A DNA stretch of 64,000 nucleotides from a virus: the IMG/VR virus record IMGVR_UViG_3300038415_000126, positions 1 through 64,000 of that record. One strand, 5' to 3'. The translations under genes and the position numbers were made by a program. Below, in pieces: positions 18,797 through 27,665 of this stretch. Under the pieces are notes generated by a model. It had not been told where the DNA came from, made no database searches, and worked only from the letters and a program-made list of their open reading frames with translations. Each line of letters opens with the position of its first letter. Position 1 is the stretch's first letter.

Positions 18797-19381
18797 ATGC
18801 CGATGCCGACCAGAAGAGCCCCAAAGACACCGATCCCCAAAGATGACCCTCTCGCCCTCATCGACTTGGACGGTACTATAGCCGATTACAACACCAAGAT
18901 GGATAAGGAGTTGGCCAGGCTGGTTGCGCCGGGGGAGACCGGCGTAAAGGGTGAGTACTTGGAGAACCGGCGCAAGTTGATCTCAAGTAGACCAGGGTTC
19001 TATTTGAACCTGAAGCCTCTCAAGTTAGGGTTCGAGGTGCTGGACCTGGTTCGAACGATAGGGTTCGAACTCGTAGTACTCACGAAGGCTTCGGTGGACG
19101 TACCCAACTCGTGGTCTGAGAAGGTGCAATGGGCTCAGAAGTACCTACCTGATGCTTCAATCACGATTTCGCAAACCAAAGAGCTTGTCTATGGTCGAGT
19201 ACTTGTCGACGACTGGCCAGAGTACTATGAGGCTTGGCTTCAGAACCGACCCAAGGGGCTAGTGATTGCGGTGGCTCACCCTCACAATGACAGGCCTACC
19301 AAAGACCAGCGCATCATCCGCTATGATGGGACCAACCTTGCCCAAGTTGAAGAAGCCTTGATCAAAGCATACAACCGATAG
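18797..19381 (+). CDS. HAD-family 5'(3')-deoxyribonucleotidase (NT5C-like)
   Basis: LIDLDGTIADY (motif I), LTK, EKVQW, LVDD (motif IV), HPHN. Confidence 0.85.
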   Translation: MPMPTRRAPKTPIPKDDPLALIDLDGTIADYNTKMDKELARLVAPGETGVKGEYLENRRKLISSRPGFYLNLKPLKLGFEVLDLVRTIGFELVVLTKASVDVPNSWSEKVQWAQKYLPDASITISQTKELVYGRVLVDDWPEYYEAWLQNRPKGLVIAVAHPHNDRPTKDQRIIRYDGTNLAQVEEALIKAYNR

Positions 19382-19550
19382 GACATCCCGTGGAAGTAAC
19401 TGTAAAGACAAGAGCTGAAGCTCACAAGATCGCCCGTGAGTACCTGCAAGAAGAACGGGTACTGAGTGACAACGCGATTGACCACTACATAGTGAACCAG
19501 TTGCTCGACAAGCTCGGCTTCCCGCACCGAGATCCACCCTCTGAAGAGTT

Positions 19551-20453
19551 TTGACCATGCAAGAGTTCGTATTCGACATGGAGACAAGTGACCCAGACGA
19601 CGTGTTCGCTCTGGCGCTACTCGCTACCCACCCGCGGTCAAAGCTGGTAGGGGTGACCATTCATCCGGGAGGGCTTGATCAGGTTGGGGTGGTTCGTCAC
19701 ATCCTTGGCCGCCTGGGTTGCTCTGGGGTACCTATTGGGACAGGGGCGCCTAAAAGCGCTAAGTCTCGTGTCTCCCAGTTCCACTATGAGTGGTTGGGTC
19801 AGGTTCCAGAGAGTAAGCCTGAAGGAACCGCCACGGAGGTTATCCGGGGCATACTTGACTCCTACCCTCATGCCCATCTAGTGACAGGCGCGGCTCTCAC
19901 CAACATTGCTGAGGCGCTCAAGGCCCTAAGCCCGCGGTTCTTCATTGAGTGGACCTGCCAAGGTGGCTTCGCCGGAGACAACATCGTCCCGCCGGAGCAT
20001 CGGCTTCCCAAGTTCGCTGGTAAGCTCACCTGCCCGACCTTCAACCTCAATGGTGACCCTAGGGCAGCCCAGGAGCTTCTCTGCAGAGACTTCTCTCCCT
20101 TTTGGGTCAGGAGGATGGTCTCGAAGAACGTCTGTCACGGTGTCTTCTGGACGCCCGAGGTCAACGACCGAGTACCCTCTGGGGTTCACGTGGGCCTCGA
20201 CCTCATCAAGGAAGGCATGGGTCACTACTTTCTGAAGCATCCGGATGGAAAGGCGCTTCACGACGTGATTGCGGCTGCAGCAGCCCTCAGCCCAACTATC
20301 GGAACTTGGTCGAAAGTTCACCCCTACCGAGAACGCGGGGAGTGGGGTTGTCGAGAGTTCACCGATCTGGAGATGGCCGCCGATGCACCCGCGCCACCGG
20401 AGGTCATGATCTCGTTCGACAACGATGCTTTTGAAAGGACCCTGGCGAGCTAG
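19551..20453 (+). CDS. Inosine/uridine-preferring nucleoside hydrolase family protein
   Basis: DMETSDPDDVFAL acidic motif, TGAALTN, TFNLNGDP, LHD. Confidence 0.85.
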   Translation: MTMQEFVFDMETSDPDDVFALALLATHPRSKLVGVTIHPGGLDQVGVVRHILGRLGCSGVPIGTGAPKSAKSRVSQFHYEWLGQVPESKPEGTATEVIRGILDSYPHAHLVTGAALTNIAEALKALSPRFFIEWTCQGGFAGDNIVPPEHRLPKFAGKLTCPTFNLNGDPRAAQELLCRDFSPFWVRRMVSKNVCHGVFWTPEVNDRVPSGVHVGLDLIKEGMGHYFLKHPDGKALHDVIAAAAALSPTIGTWSKVHPYRERGEWGCREFTDLEMAADAPAPPEVMISFDNDAFERTLAS

Positions 20454-21175
20454 GGCTTAGCGTCGTCAGTGACCTTCTCACCGAGGACTGGTTCTGGGAC
20501 GTCACCCACGACCTTGTCAGACATCCATTGAAGTAACCCGCTGAACCTATTGTAGATCCACAGTGAGATGTGGCGGGCCAGGTCGTGGAATATGGTACCC
20601 ACTACAGAGAATACCCATAAGCAGACCCAACCTGCAACCTTAGCCTTGTAATCTCGTATCCTTGGTGCTTTGAGGAGTGAGGTGTTCTTGTAGAGCTTTC
20701 CGGCTAGGCATTCACGGTCAGTCTGCTTGATGACTTCCTCATCCCTTGAGTAACCCTCAAGGTACTCAATCAACTTCTTGACTTGAGCGTCAGTCTGCTT
20801 GATGACTTCCTCATCCCTTGAGTAAGGGCTCTTGGCTTCGATGCGAGCACGAGCCCGCTCCTGGTCATCGTGGAACTCGTCTAGGGCCTCTCTACGAGCA
20901 TCGTTGAACTTGTGCAGGAACAAGAGCCACTTAAAGACCATCCAGATAGAACCACAAGGGAAGTACCCAAGTATGCATGACAGTGTGACAACGAAGTGAT
21001 TCCGGAAAGCTTCTACTATCGAAAATACGTGGAAGTAGTGGGTAGCTATTAGCCCTACAATGAGCAGAACAACGGACCTTTTATAGAACTCCAACTCTAC
21101 TAGGATCACCATCACTAGGTAGAGAGCCACTTCGACAGTGAACAACCAGGGTGCAAGACCAAACCAGAGGAGCAT
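20450..21175 (-). CDS. Multi-pass membrane protein with internal 12-aa duplication
   Basis: Several hydrophobic helices; YSRDEEVIKQTD occurs twice. Confidence 0.75.
   Translation of the reverse strand: MLLWFGLAPWLFTVEVALYLVMVILVELEFYKRSVVLLIVGLIATHYFHVFSIVEAFRNHFVVTLSCILGYFPCGSIWMVFKWLLFLHKFNDARREALDEFHDDQERARARIEAKSPYSRDEEVIKQTDAQVKKLIEYLEGYSRDEEVIKQTDRECLAGKLYKNTSLLKAPRIRDYKAKVAGWVCLWVFSVVGTIFHDLARHISLWIYNRFSGLLQWMSDKVVGDVPEPVLGEKVTDDAKP
20717..20825. repeat. 37-bp exact direct repeat (20717-20753, 20789-20825)
   Basis: GTCAGTCTGCTTGATGACTTCCTCATCCCTTGAGTAA twice, 72-bp period. Confidence 0.9.
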
Positions 21176-21654
21176 AGGCGCGGAGAATGCCAGTCAACTA
21201 TGGCGTTAGTCAACGGTTTTATGTGTCAGCCACTCCTATGTGTCCGGCCCGGGAAAATCCCCCACCCTCGGATGACGATTTTGAAAATAGTTCAGCGGGC
21301 CAAAAGTAGGCGCCCCGGTGGCCCCTTTCGATAGAGCCTCGGGCGGGACTAGTAATCCACCTTCACGACCGATTCGTCCCGGGACGTGGCTCAGCCTTAC
21401 TACCAGGCTCGATGGAGAGCAAGCCCTTCTCGTGCTTGTCGAGGAACTCGCGCAACTTATCTAGGGGGATCTCAGCAGGGTTGTCCGGGTCGGTCCCGCT
21501 CCTGACGATCAGCTTGCCATCTCGGATGTCAACCAGGTTCTTGAAGCAGAACCCAGGGCCTTGGAGGAGGTTGCCCATAGCTTCACAGATCCACCACTCG
21601 TTTGGGTCAATGGTCATCAGATCACCTATGCTTATCCGGTTTTCTCCCAAGAGG

Positions 21655-22116
21655 CTAGGGTTGCGTAGGTGGTTCTTCTTTTTTTGGCAAATCTTGTCCG
21701 AGGGTTCGGATCACTACCCCGCCTACCCCTGTCTCATGAATAGTAGCGAACGGAAGCAACCTTTTCAGCTTACCCAGATGACCCATGAGGCTCTCTTTGA
21801 AACCATCATGGGTCTCTACCCCTTCAGCGTCTGGGCTAAGGACGGAGAACTCCATTACAAGGCTACCATTACTATCAGCCTCGACTCGAACCTTACCCAA
21901 GCAAGCAACCTGACCCCCATCAATCATCACCTTGGTTATTGGTCTACCCCTAATCTCTCTACCATCTTCGGTGGTGATTGTGCGACCCTCTTGTACCCAA
22001 AGAAGTAGGTCATTCTCACCCACATCAACAACCTGACGAAAGCTCTCAGGTAACTCCATTGCTTGGCGCCGAACCACGAACACCTTGTCAAACTCACCGA
22101 CTTCTATTGTTGGCAT
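21655..22116 (-). CDS. Hypothetical protein; untagged paralog of 52159-52578
   Basis: MPTIEVGEFDKVFVVR versus MPTIEVDDSDVVFVVK; GGAGG SD. Confidence 0.7.
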   Translation of the reverse strand: MPTIEVGEFDKVFVVRRQAMELPESFRQVVDVGENDLLLWVQEGRTITTEDGREIRGRPITKVMIDGGQVACLGKVRVEADSNGSLVMEFSVLSPDAEGVETHDGFKESLMGHLGKLKRLLPFATIHETGVGGVVIRTLGQDLPKKEEPPTQP

Positions 22117-22251
22117 AAAACCTCCAAGTGATGGGTACAATTGGCTTGATGGCGATCTCGGGTGGTAAGCGGGGGTAATGCTTTGAGGATGCTTCGGCGA
22201 TTCATGGGTTACACTTATCTCCATCTTCGCGCATGAGACAGAGTACACCGA

Positions 22252-22503
22252 CTACGGCCCGCGGTCGAGTAGGTACTTCAGCATTTGCCATAGGTCCCGG
22301 AGCTGCTTGTGCATCCGGTTCCTAGCAATCCGTTCGGTTGCCCCACGCGACTCGAACCTCTGACCAGAGATCTCGATAGCGATGCTCCACGTAGTCGGGG
22401 TCAGTACTTGGGGCAAGAACTGGGTGATGTTCAAGCGCAGGTTGCTGTGCTCGACTTCAAGCTCCCACAAGTTGTACCCAGGATGAGTGGATACTTTGGG
22501 CAT
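22252..22503 (-). CDS. Hypothetical protein, G.TE..AR family
   Basis: Start reassigned to MPKVSTH. Confidence 0.55.
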   Translation of the reverse strand: MPKVSTHPGYNLWELEVEHSNLRLNITQFLPQVLTPTTWSIAIEISGQRFESRGATERIARNRMHKQLRDLWQMLKYLLDRGP

Positions 22504-22573
22504 CGAGAACCCGAGGAGTGTCTTTCGGTCAGGGGTCACTTGGCCAGCCTCTGCAGTTGATCTCGAACGCCCT

Positions 22574-22786
22574 TCATGTTCGCGGGTTCCGGTTGTTGTA
22601 GTCCTCGCAACGAGCAGTCTCGAACTCACGAAGAGCCTGGGTCACCTCAGCATCGCTCGGTTCATGGCCAAGCTCGATTCGAAGGTTCTTGAGCAGCAGC
22701 TCGATACTGACTGAGCCCTGTGGCCCAATAGATCCGACAGGGATGCCGTGTACGATGACCTCTTCAGAAGATTGCGAGCGGCCCAA
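22574..22786 (-). CDS. Small hypothetical protein
   Basis: GGAGG SD before a TTG start; preceded by a structured leader. Confidence 0.45.
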   Translation of the reverse strand: MGRSQSSEEVIVHGIPVGSIGPQGSVSIELLLKNLRIELGHEPSDAEVTQALREFETARCEDYNNRNPRT

Positions 22787-22931
22787 GGCGTTGTTCCTCC
22801 AGATAGGCCAGGCCGAAGCCTGCTTTCAACCGGGTGAACCAATTCCCGGGTGACGATCGATTATACGAAAGGTTCAAGTCCTTATCGATCCTGGGGTTTT
22901 TGCGGATGACTGACCGCTGTCATTTTACCCG

Positions 22932-23297
22932 TTAGGAGGCCGCCTTGGACCCTCTGCCCACAAGTACACCGGACTTGAGCTCCTCAAGTGTCAAAATCAA
23001 GATCCCAATCTCTTTTGCGCGCCGGATCTCGCTTGCGACCCCAGAGGACAACTCCCACCCGGGTACCAAGACCAGGATATCGCACGTCTCCATGAGCGAG
23101 ATGGCCGCTTCGAGCCAGAACCTGTAGTCCTGAAACTCCGCGAAAGGATGCCAGAATACGTTCGGGCAGATGGGTACCCATCCAGCTCGGAGCACATCCT
23201 CAACAGCCACACGGGCCTTCGAGACGTTGAGTTCGATCTCAGAGATGGTCCCACCACTGTAGGCGCTCGATATGAACGCGCGACCTTTTGGCTTCAT
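22932..23297 (-). CDS. DUF4406/DUF1937 nucleoside 2-deoxyribosyltransferase-like protein
   Basis: AFISSAYSG, PICPN, CDILVLVPGWELSSGVASE. Confidence 0.75.
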   Translation of the reverse strand: MKPKGRAFISSAYSGGTISEIELNVSKARVAVEDVLRAGWVPICPNVFWHPFAEFQDYRFWLEAAISLMETCDILVLVPGWELSSGVASEIRRAKEIGILILTLEELKSGVLVGRGSKAAS

Positions 23298-23641
23298 GCT
23301 TCACCAACCTCGGCCCTATGGCCAAAGATCCTGTCCCAACCGGAGCGATACTCATCGCTTGCGACCATGGCAGGTCCACTAAGCTGGGGGGCAGTAGATA
23401 TAGCATTGGGCCGATCAGGCTCATAGATGGGCGTGACCTCGAAGTCACCGATACTCGGGTCATACTGAAGGGATACCAGTGAGGCCCCATTCAGTGGTGC
23501 ACCCTGTTTCATCGGTCTAGCCCACCCTGAACTAATCTCGTGGTCTGGAGTATGTCGGACGAAAGGATGCATTCCATCTCCACGATCTGGACCTATTTGC
23601 ATCCGGTCACCTTGTAGCTTGCACTCATCCTTGGGCATCAA
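23294..23641 (-). CDS. Hypothetical protein
   Basis: GPAMVASDEYRSGWDRIFG C-terminal motif. Confidence 0.65.
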   Translation of the reverse strand: MMPKDECKLQGDRMQIGPDRGDGMHPFVRHTPDHEISSGWARPMKQGAPLNGASLVSLQYDPSIGDFEVTPIYEPDRPNAISTAPQLSGPAMVASDEYRSGWDRIFGHRAEVGEA

Positions 23642-23766
23642 GCATCTACAGTGTCAGGTATTACCCAAAAAATCAACAGGGGAAGTGACTTCGAATCAGG
23701 TTCGGCCTTACAATCAAAGGTGGGTCACCATTATCCGGTGGACTACCACAAATCTTTGGTTTCTTG

Positions 23767-23795
23767 TTGAGATCTGCTAACCAAAAACGTAATAC
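23767..23795 (+). promoter_or_regulatory. Class 1 phage promoter-like motif
   Basis: TTGAGA-N17-TAATAC, ATG 5 nt downstream. Confidence 0.65.
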
Positions 23796-23800
23796 TGATC

Positions 23801-24184
23801 ATGGAAACAAGGAAGTTCAAGATCCATCTACTCTGTCTGGTTATGTCCTTGGTTGGTTGCAGTGGAGGTAGTGCGCCCGTCAAACAAGCGACAGAAGCTC
23901 CACTTGTGCAAGAGCCGGTCAGCGTGTCAGCTGACTATGACTGTGAAACTCGAACTCAACCATCTGTAATAGCCTACATGCCGGATGGGTCTTTCAAGAC
24001 ACTCAAGCTCTACCCACCGACAGGTGACGGATCAACTGTCCCCTGTGATGCTGGATCTGTAGTCAACAGCCTTGTTGACTGCAACGGTAGCAAGTTAGGG
24101 TACTTCTGTACCCCATCGACCTTCGTGTGCACGTACTTCACCTCCGACGGGACCAGTACTCAAGAACTCTGCCAACCCCAGTAA
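23801..24184 (+). CDS. Putative lipoprotein
   Basis: Signal peptide with LVGC lipobox; Cys-rich mature part. Confidence 0.7.
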   Translation: METRKFKIHLLCLVMSLVGCSGGSAPVKQATEAPLVQEPVSVSADYDCETRTQPSVIAYMPDGSFKTLKLYPPTGDGSTVPCDAGSVVNSLVDCNGSKLGYFCTPSTFVCTYFTSDGTSTQELCQPQ

Positions 24185-24237
24185 TAGCTGGTTTTGGTTG
24201 ATACTCATGCGAATTTGGTGTAGGTTGTTCCAGAATA

Positions 24238-25176
24238 ATGGAAAAGTACCCATCAATCGTTGAGTTGTCAAAGTGTCCTGACATCTTTTCAGTCAAACAG
24301 GTGGTCGCAACCGAGAAGTTGCACGGATCGAACTTCAGGCTGTTCTTTCCACTCGGAATGAAGAGTATCGAGGAGATTGGGTTTGGCTCGCGTGACATTG
24401 AGTATGGTGTCGGGGATCAGAAGTTTCCCCTCGGGTCGATGCTAAATAAGTTCAAGGCCCAAACCGATCTGTTGACTCGCATGGTGGAGGTCATCCAGTC
24501 CTACGGGTTCTCCGAGACCACCGTCTTTGGTGAGGCCTACGGTCCTGGTATCAAGGCCAAGGGGGTTAGATACAGCACCGGACAGGAGCCGCTCTTCAGA
24601 GCCTTCGATATTATGGTGGCCCAGAACTTCGTCACCTACGACCTGTTCTGCGAGATTTGTGACAAGATGGGGGTACCCAGGGTTCACGAGGTTTGGCGCG
24701 GGGAGCCAACCCAGGCCAACTTCGATGCTCTCCTAGAGAAGCCCAGTACCGAGGGCCTACTCAATGGGTTCGGGGACGACAACATCGCCGAGGGGGTAGT
24801 CCTCCGGTCTAACCCTCTCCTCAGGGATGTATTCGGGGAGTGGCTTATCTGCAAGCACAAGTGCGCAAAGTTTGCCGAGGTGGCCACGGCCGCTGTGGAA
24901 AAGATCCCTCGGGGGCCATCGGCGGCCGATGACTTTGCAGCCAGGTATGTCACCGAAGGTCGAGTCACTAACGCCATCGGTCGACTCAATGACTCCGCAG
25001 TTGAGTTGACCAGTACCATGAGGGACATGCCAATCCTTCTGGGGGCGGTCTGCGCCGACCTCGCTAAGGACTTCCCTGAGGATATGGTCGAACTAGGAAT
25101 CACTGAGCAGTCCCTCAAAGGTAACGTATCTCGGATACTTGGCCCGATGTACAGGGGTATGTTGAGCAAAGAGTAG
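24238..25176 (+). CDS. RNA ligase, Rnl2 family
   Basis: Nucleotidyltransferase motifs TEKLHGSN (I), FGEAYG (III), FRAFDI (IIIa), EGVVLR (IV), KHK (V), plus an Rnl2-like C-domain (YVTEGRVTNA). Confidence 0.9.
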   Translation: MEKYPSIVELSKCPDIFSVKQVVATEKLHGSNFRLFFPLGMKSIEEIGFGSRDIEYGVGDQKFPLGSMLNKFKAQTDLLTRMVEVIQSYGFSETTVFGEAYGPGIKAKGVRYSTGQEPLFRAFDIMVAQNFVTYDLFCEICDKMGVPRVHEVWRGEPTQANFDALLEKPSTEGLLNGFGDDNIAEGVVLRSNPLLRDVFGEWLICKHKCAKFAEVATAAVEKIPRGPSAADDFAARYVTEGRVTNAIGRLNDSAVELTSTMRDMPILLGAVCADLAKDFPEDMVELGITEQSLKGNVSRILGPMYRGMLSKE

Positions 25177-25185
25177 AAGTTTTGG

Positions 25186-25215
25186 TTGAGATCTGCCCTA
25201 CCTAGCGCGTAATAG
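25186..25215 (+). promoter_or_regulatory. Class 1 phage promoter-like motif
   Basis: TTGAGA-N18(...GCGCG)-TAATAG. Confidence 0.65.
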
Positions 25216-25289
25216 AATGCATGTCTACTGTATCTCTTCATGCATCAGCTGATTATGGGAAAACCGGTCAGTATGGAGTGGAGTAAACC

Positions 25290-25625
25290 ATGTTCAAGTG
25301 GCTACTTCACCTGCTTGAACCCGTGATCCCCGATGGGGTTCTTCTACAGCAGAGATACCTGAGTCTTCAGGCAGATCTGAATGAGCTACGAACTGCTGAT
25401 ATCTGGATGGTTGCTTGGTTGGATACCAACAAGGAATCACCACGCTTTCAAGAGGTGGCAGCCCTCAAAGGTGCTATCGATGAGCGCGTTGTCGAGATCG
25501 GTGAGATCAGTGACCAACTAGGGGATGCACTTCAAAAGTTGGAGTTCAGGAGTGCGCGAGAGCGATTGCTGCGCAAAGGACTCCGAGAGTCAATCCAAGA
25601 AGAAAGAGTGGAGTATGAAAACTGA
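25290..25625 (+). CDS. Helical hypothetical protein
   Basis: GGAG SD. Confidence 0.6.
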   Translation: MFKWLLHLLEPVIPDGVLLQQRYLSLQADLNELRTADIWMVAWLDTNKESPRFQEVAALKGAIDERVVEIGEISDQLGDALQKLEFRSARERLLRKGLRESIQEERVEYEN

Positions 25626-25983
25626 TTGGACAGAAGCCCCCGATAAGGGAGCAAACACCTCAGATTTGTATCACAGGATCAGTACTTCGGTTGCTGAGAT
25701 CCTTATTGAATGTACGCGCGATCTTGAAGCTGGTGAGGTGAAACGGGTAGCTCGTAGGATAGTGGCCGACCTGGCGCACGAGCACCGGTTGACCCCTCAG
25801 GACTCTGAACCATCCAAGGAGCCTATCGTCCTTGAGATATGTAAGCGATCCAAGCACCTCCGAAGCACTCTGGAAGCCATTGGCAACGGGATGCCGGGGG
25901 CGAGTGAGAATGACCTTCGAGTAGCAGCCCAACAGGCCCTCTTGTGGGTCGCTGACCGTGAAACAAATTGGAGACTACCATGA
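25615..25983 (+). CDS. Hypothetical protein
   Basis: Start reassigned to MKTDW, with GGAG SD. Confidence 0.55.
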   Translation: MKTDWTEAPDKGANTSDLYHRISTSVAEILIECTRDLEAGEVKRVARRIVADLAHEHRLTPQDSEPSKEPIVLEICKRSKHLRSTLEAIGNGMPGASENDLRVAAQQALLWVADRETNWRLP

Positions 25984-26403
25984 AGCACGTGTATGCTGAC
26001 CCAGAACTCACAATCAGGATCGCCAATCAAAAGGGGGCAGCTCACCGGGTTCTAGGTAGTGGAAGTGAAGATGAATGGCTCACCTACGCGAAGTGAGGAC
26101 ACTCTCGCTCGGGTTCAACCTTTGGTTGTTTCTTGACCACGGGCTCCTCAGTGCAACCCTCAGGTCGAGCATCAGCGTTCTGGGGAATGTAAGGAGTCCC
26201 TTGGCAGCCGATGGATCCACAACCACAGAACCCGTGGTGAAGCGTACCAATTAGATTCTCGCGCTTGGCGATTGAGTTTAGCATCGCCTCTTCCCATCGG
26301 ATCTGGCGCATGCGCCACTGGGGGAGGAACACTCGCCCACCATCTTGGATGTGGAAGTACCTGCGGTTATTGGTGGTTCTGAACCTGATTTTCATTGGGT
26401 CCC

Positions 26404-26793
26404 TCACACGGGTTTCAATAAGTTTAACGTCGCTTTGGAACCCAGATCCCCATTCCAATGTCGAAGTAGAATATCCTGATTCTTCTCAATGAACCGGATG
26501 ACCTGCTTTTGAATCTTGCCAGGGAGTTTGCCTAAGACCACGGGCGGTTTCGTGATCCGTACTAATACGGCCTCTTTCAACCCTTCCGTGGTAACCTTGT
26601 TTCCAAGTACAACCTTGACTCTTGGGCCATGCTGGGCATCCACTCCAGAGAACTCTCCCGCTGAGATCCAGATGACAATCCATTTGATCCCTGTATCGTC
26701 GGGCAAAAGGTTAGACATCGCCTCCAGATGAAACTCCGAAGTCTTGAACCTAGTTGCCACTCTTTTCTCAATATCGCCCATTGAGTTATTCAA
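26404..26793 (-). CDS. DUF4160-like protein with N-terminal RVATRF motif
   Basis: HGPRVKV...FIEKNQDILLRHW pattern. Confidence 0.5.
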   Translation of the reverse strand: MNNSMGDIEKRVATRFKTSEFHLEAMSNLLPDDTGIKWIVIWISAGEFSGVDAQHGPRVKVVLGNKVTTEGLKEAVLVRITKPPVVLGKLPGKIQKQVIRFIEKNQDILLRHWNGDLGSKATLNLLKPV

Positions 26794-26824
26794 CTTACCC
26801 TATACAACTCGGAAGTCAATAGCA

Positions 26825-27223
26825 TCAACCACCGTTCATCTGTGGGGTCATGACGTAGTTTGCTTGAGGCTCGAACTCAGTAGCCAGTTCGGGGGCCGTG
26901 TAGATGTACTTTCCGGCTTTGGATTCAAAAGTATCCGTCGGCTTCTTCTGCTTGCAACCCATCCGATTGACCTTGAACGCGAGGAACCCCTTCTTCCGCA
27001 AAGAGTCAAAGTGCTCCTTGGCCGCATCACACTCGGCCTTGTTCTTTCGGTCCCACGAGTACGTCGTATCACCCTCATGGTTCAGCTGAGCCATGGTACC
27101 CGCGATGTCGTCAAGGATCTCCATCAGGTGTTCATCGGCCGCTTGGTTTACAAGCGCTTCACCGAAAGTAGCTACGCAAATCTCAAGGGTATCAGCGAAT
27201 GTCAGATTGGCTTCAGGTTCCAT
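26825..27223 (-). CDS. Hypothetical protein
   Basis: GGTGTA motif 10 nt upstream; ends MNGG. Confidence 0.65.
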   Translation of the reverse strand: MEPEANLTFADTLEICVATFGEALVNQAADEHLMEILDDIAGTMAQLNHEGDTTYSWDRKNKAECDAAKEHFDSLRKKGFLAFKVNRMGCKQKKPTDTFESKAGKYIYTAPELATEFEPQANYVMTPQMNGG

Positions 27224-27306
27224 TCGTGGACTTTACACCGAAAGATAAAGCAAAACAAGTTGGAGCTACGGGCCTTTTGGATTATGAGCGGCTTCCTGCT
27301 GATTCT

Positions 27307-27345
27307 GACACACGCCTGCTAATGATAAATTAGCAGGCGTGTGTC
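27307..27345. repeat. Perfect 17-bp inverted repeat with 5-nt loop
   Basis: GACACACGCCTGCTAAT-GATAA-ATTAGCAGGCGTGTGTC followed by GTTTTT. Confidence 0.9.
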
Positions 27346-27435
27346 GTTTTTATGTTGCAAGCCCAAGTAACTCGTGAGATAGTTCATGAATCACGGAACA
27401 AAGTAGAAAACTGGATCAGATAGTGTATTATTAGG

Positions 27436-27600
27436 GCTCCTCCATAGCCCTTAAGGCGAGGCTATCATGCACTCAGCTAAGTCTGACCCAGAGTGGTTGG
27501 ACCCCATACATTCTCACAATCTGGTCCAGTTTTCTGCTTTGATCCACTGAATATATGGGTTGTGGAGGTGGAGTTGGAGTGAGTAAGTGGCATGTCGTCA
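27436..27600 (+). ncRNA. Candidate tracrRNA / natural single-guide RNA of the Cas12f-like locus
   Basis: GCTCCTCCA (27436-44) complements the repeat 3' ends; ATAGCC/GGCTAT stem; anti-repeat CCCCATACATTC (27502-13); repeat-like GAATATATGGGTTGTGGAGG (27549-68); TATTAT -10-like box at 27426. Confidence 0.6.
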
Positions 27601-27665
27601 ACAAGTCAATTGCCATCGGACTACGGCTCGAAGACTCCCGACGGCCTCTGACACCAGCCTGAGAG

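Noticed and set aside
22855-22890. tRNA gene (T-arm-like AAGG-TTCAAGT-CCTT inside a 7-bp stem)
   Set aside because: No D or anticodon arms and too short. I recognised no tRNA genes in the window.
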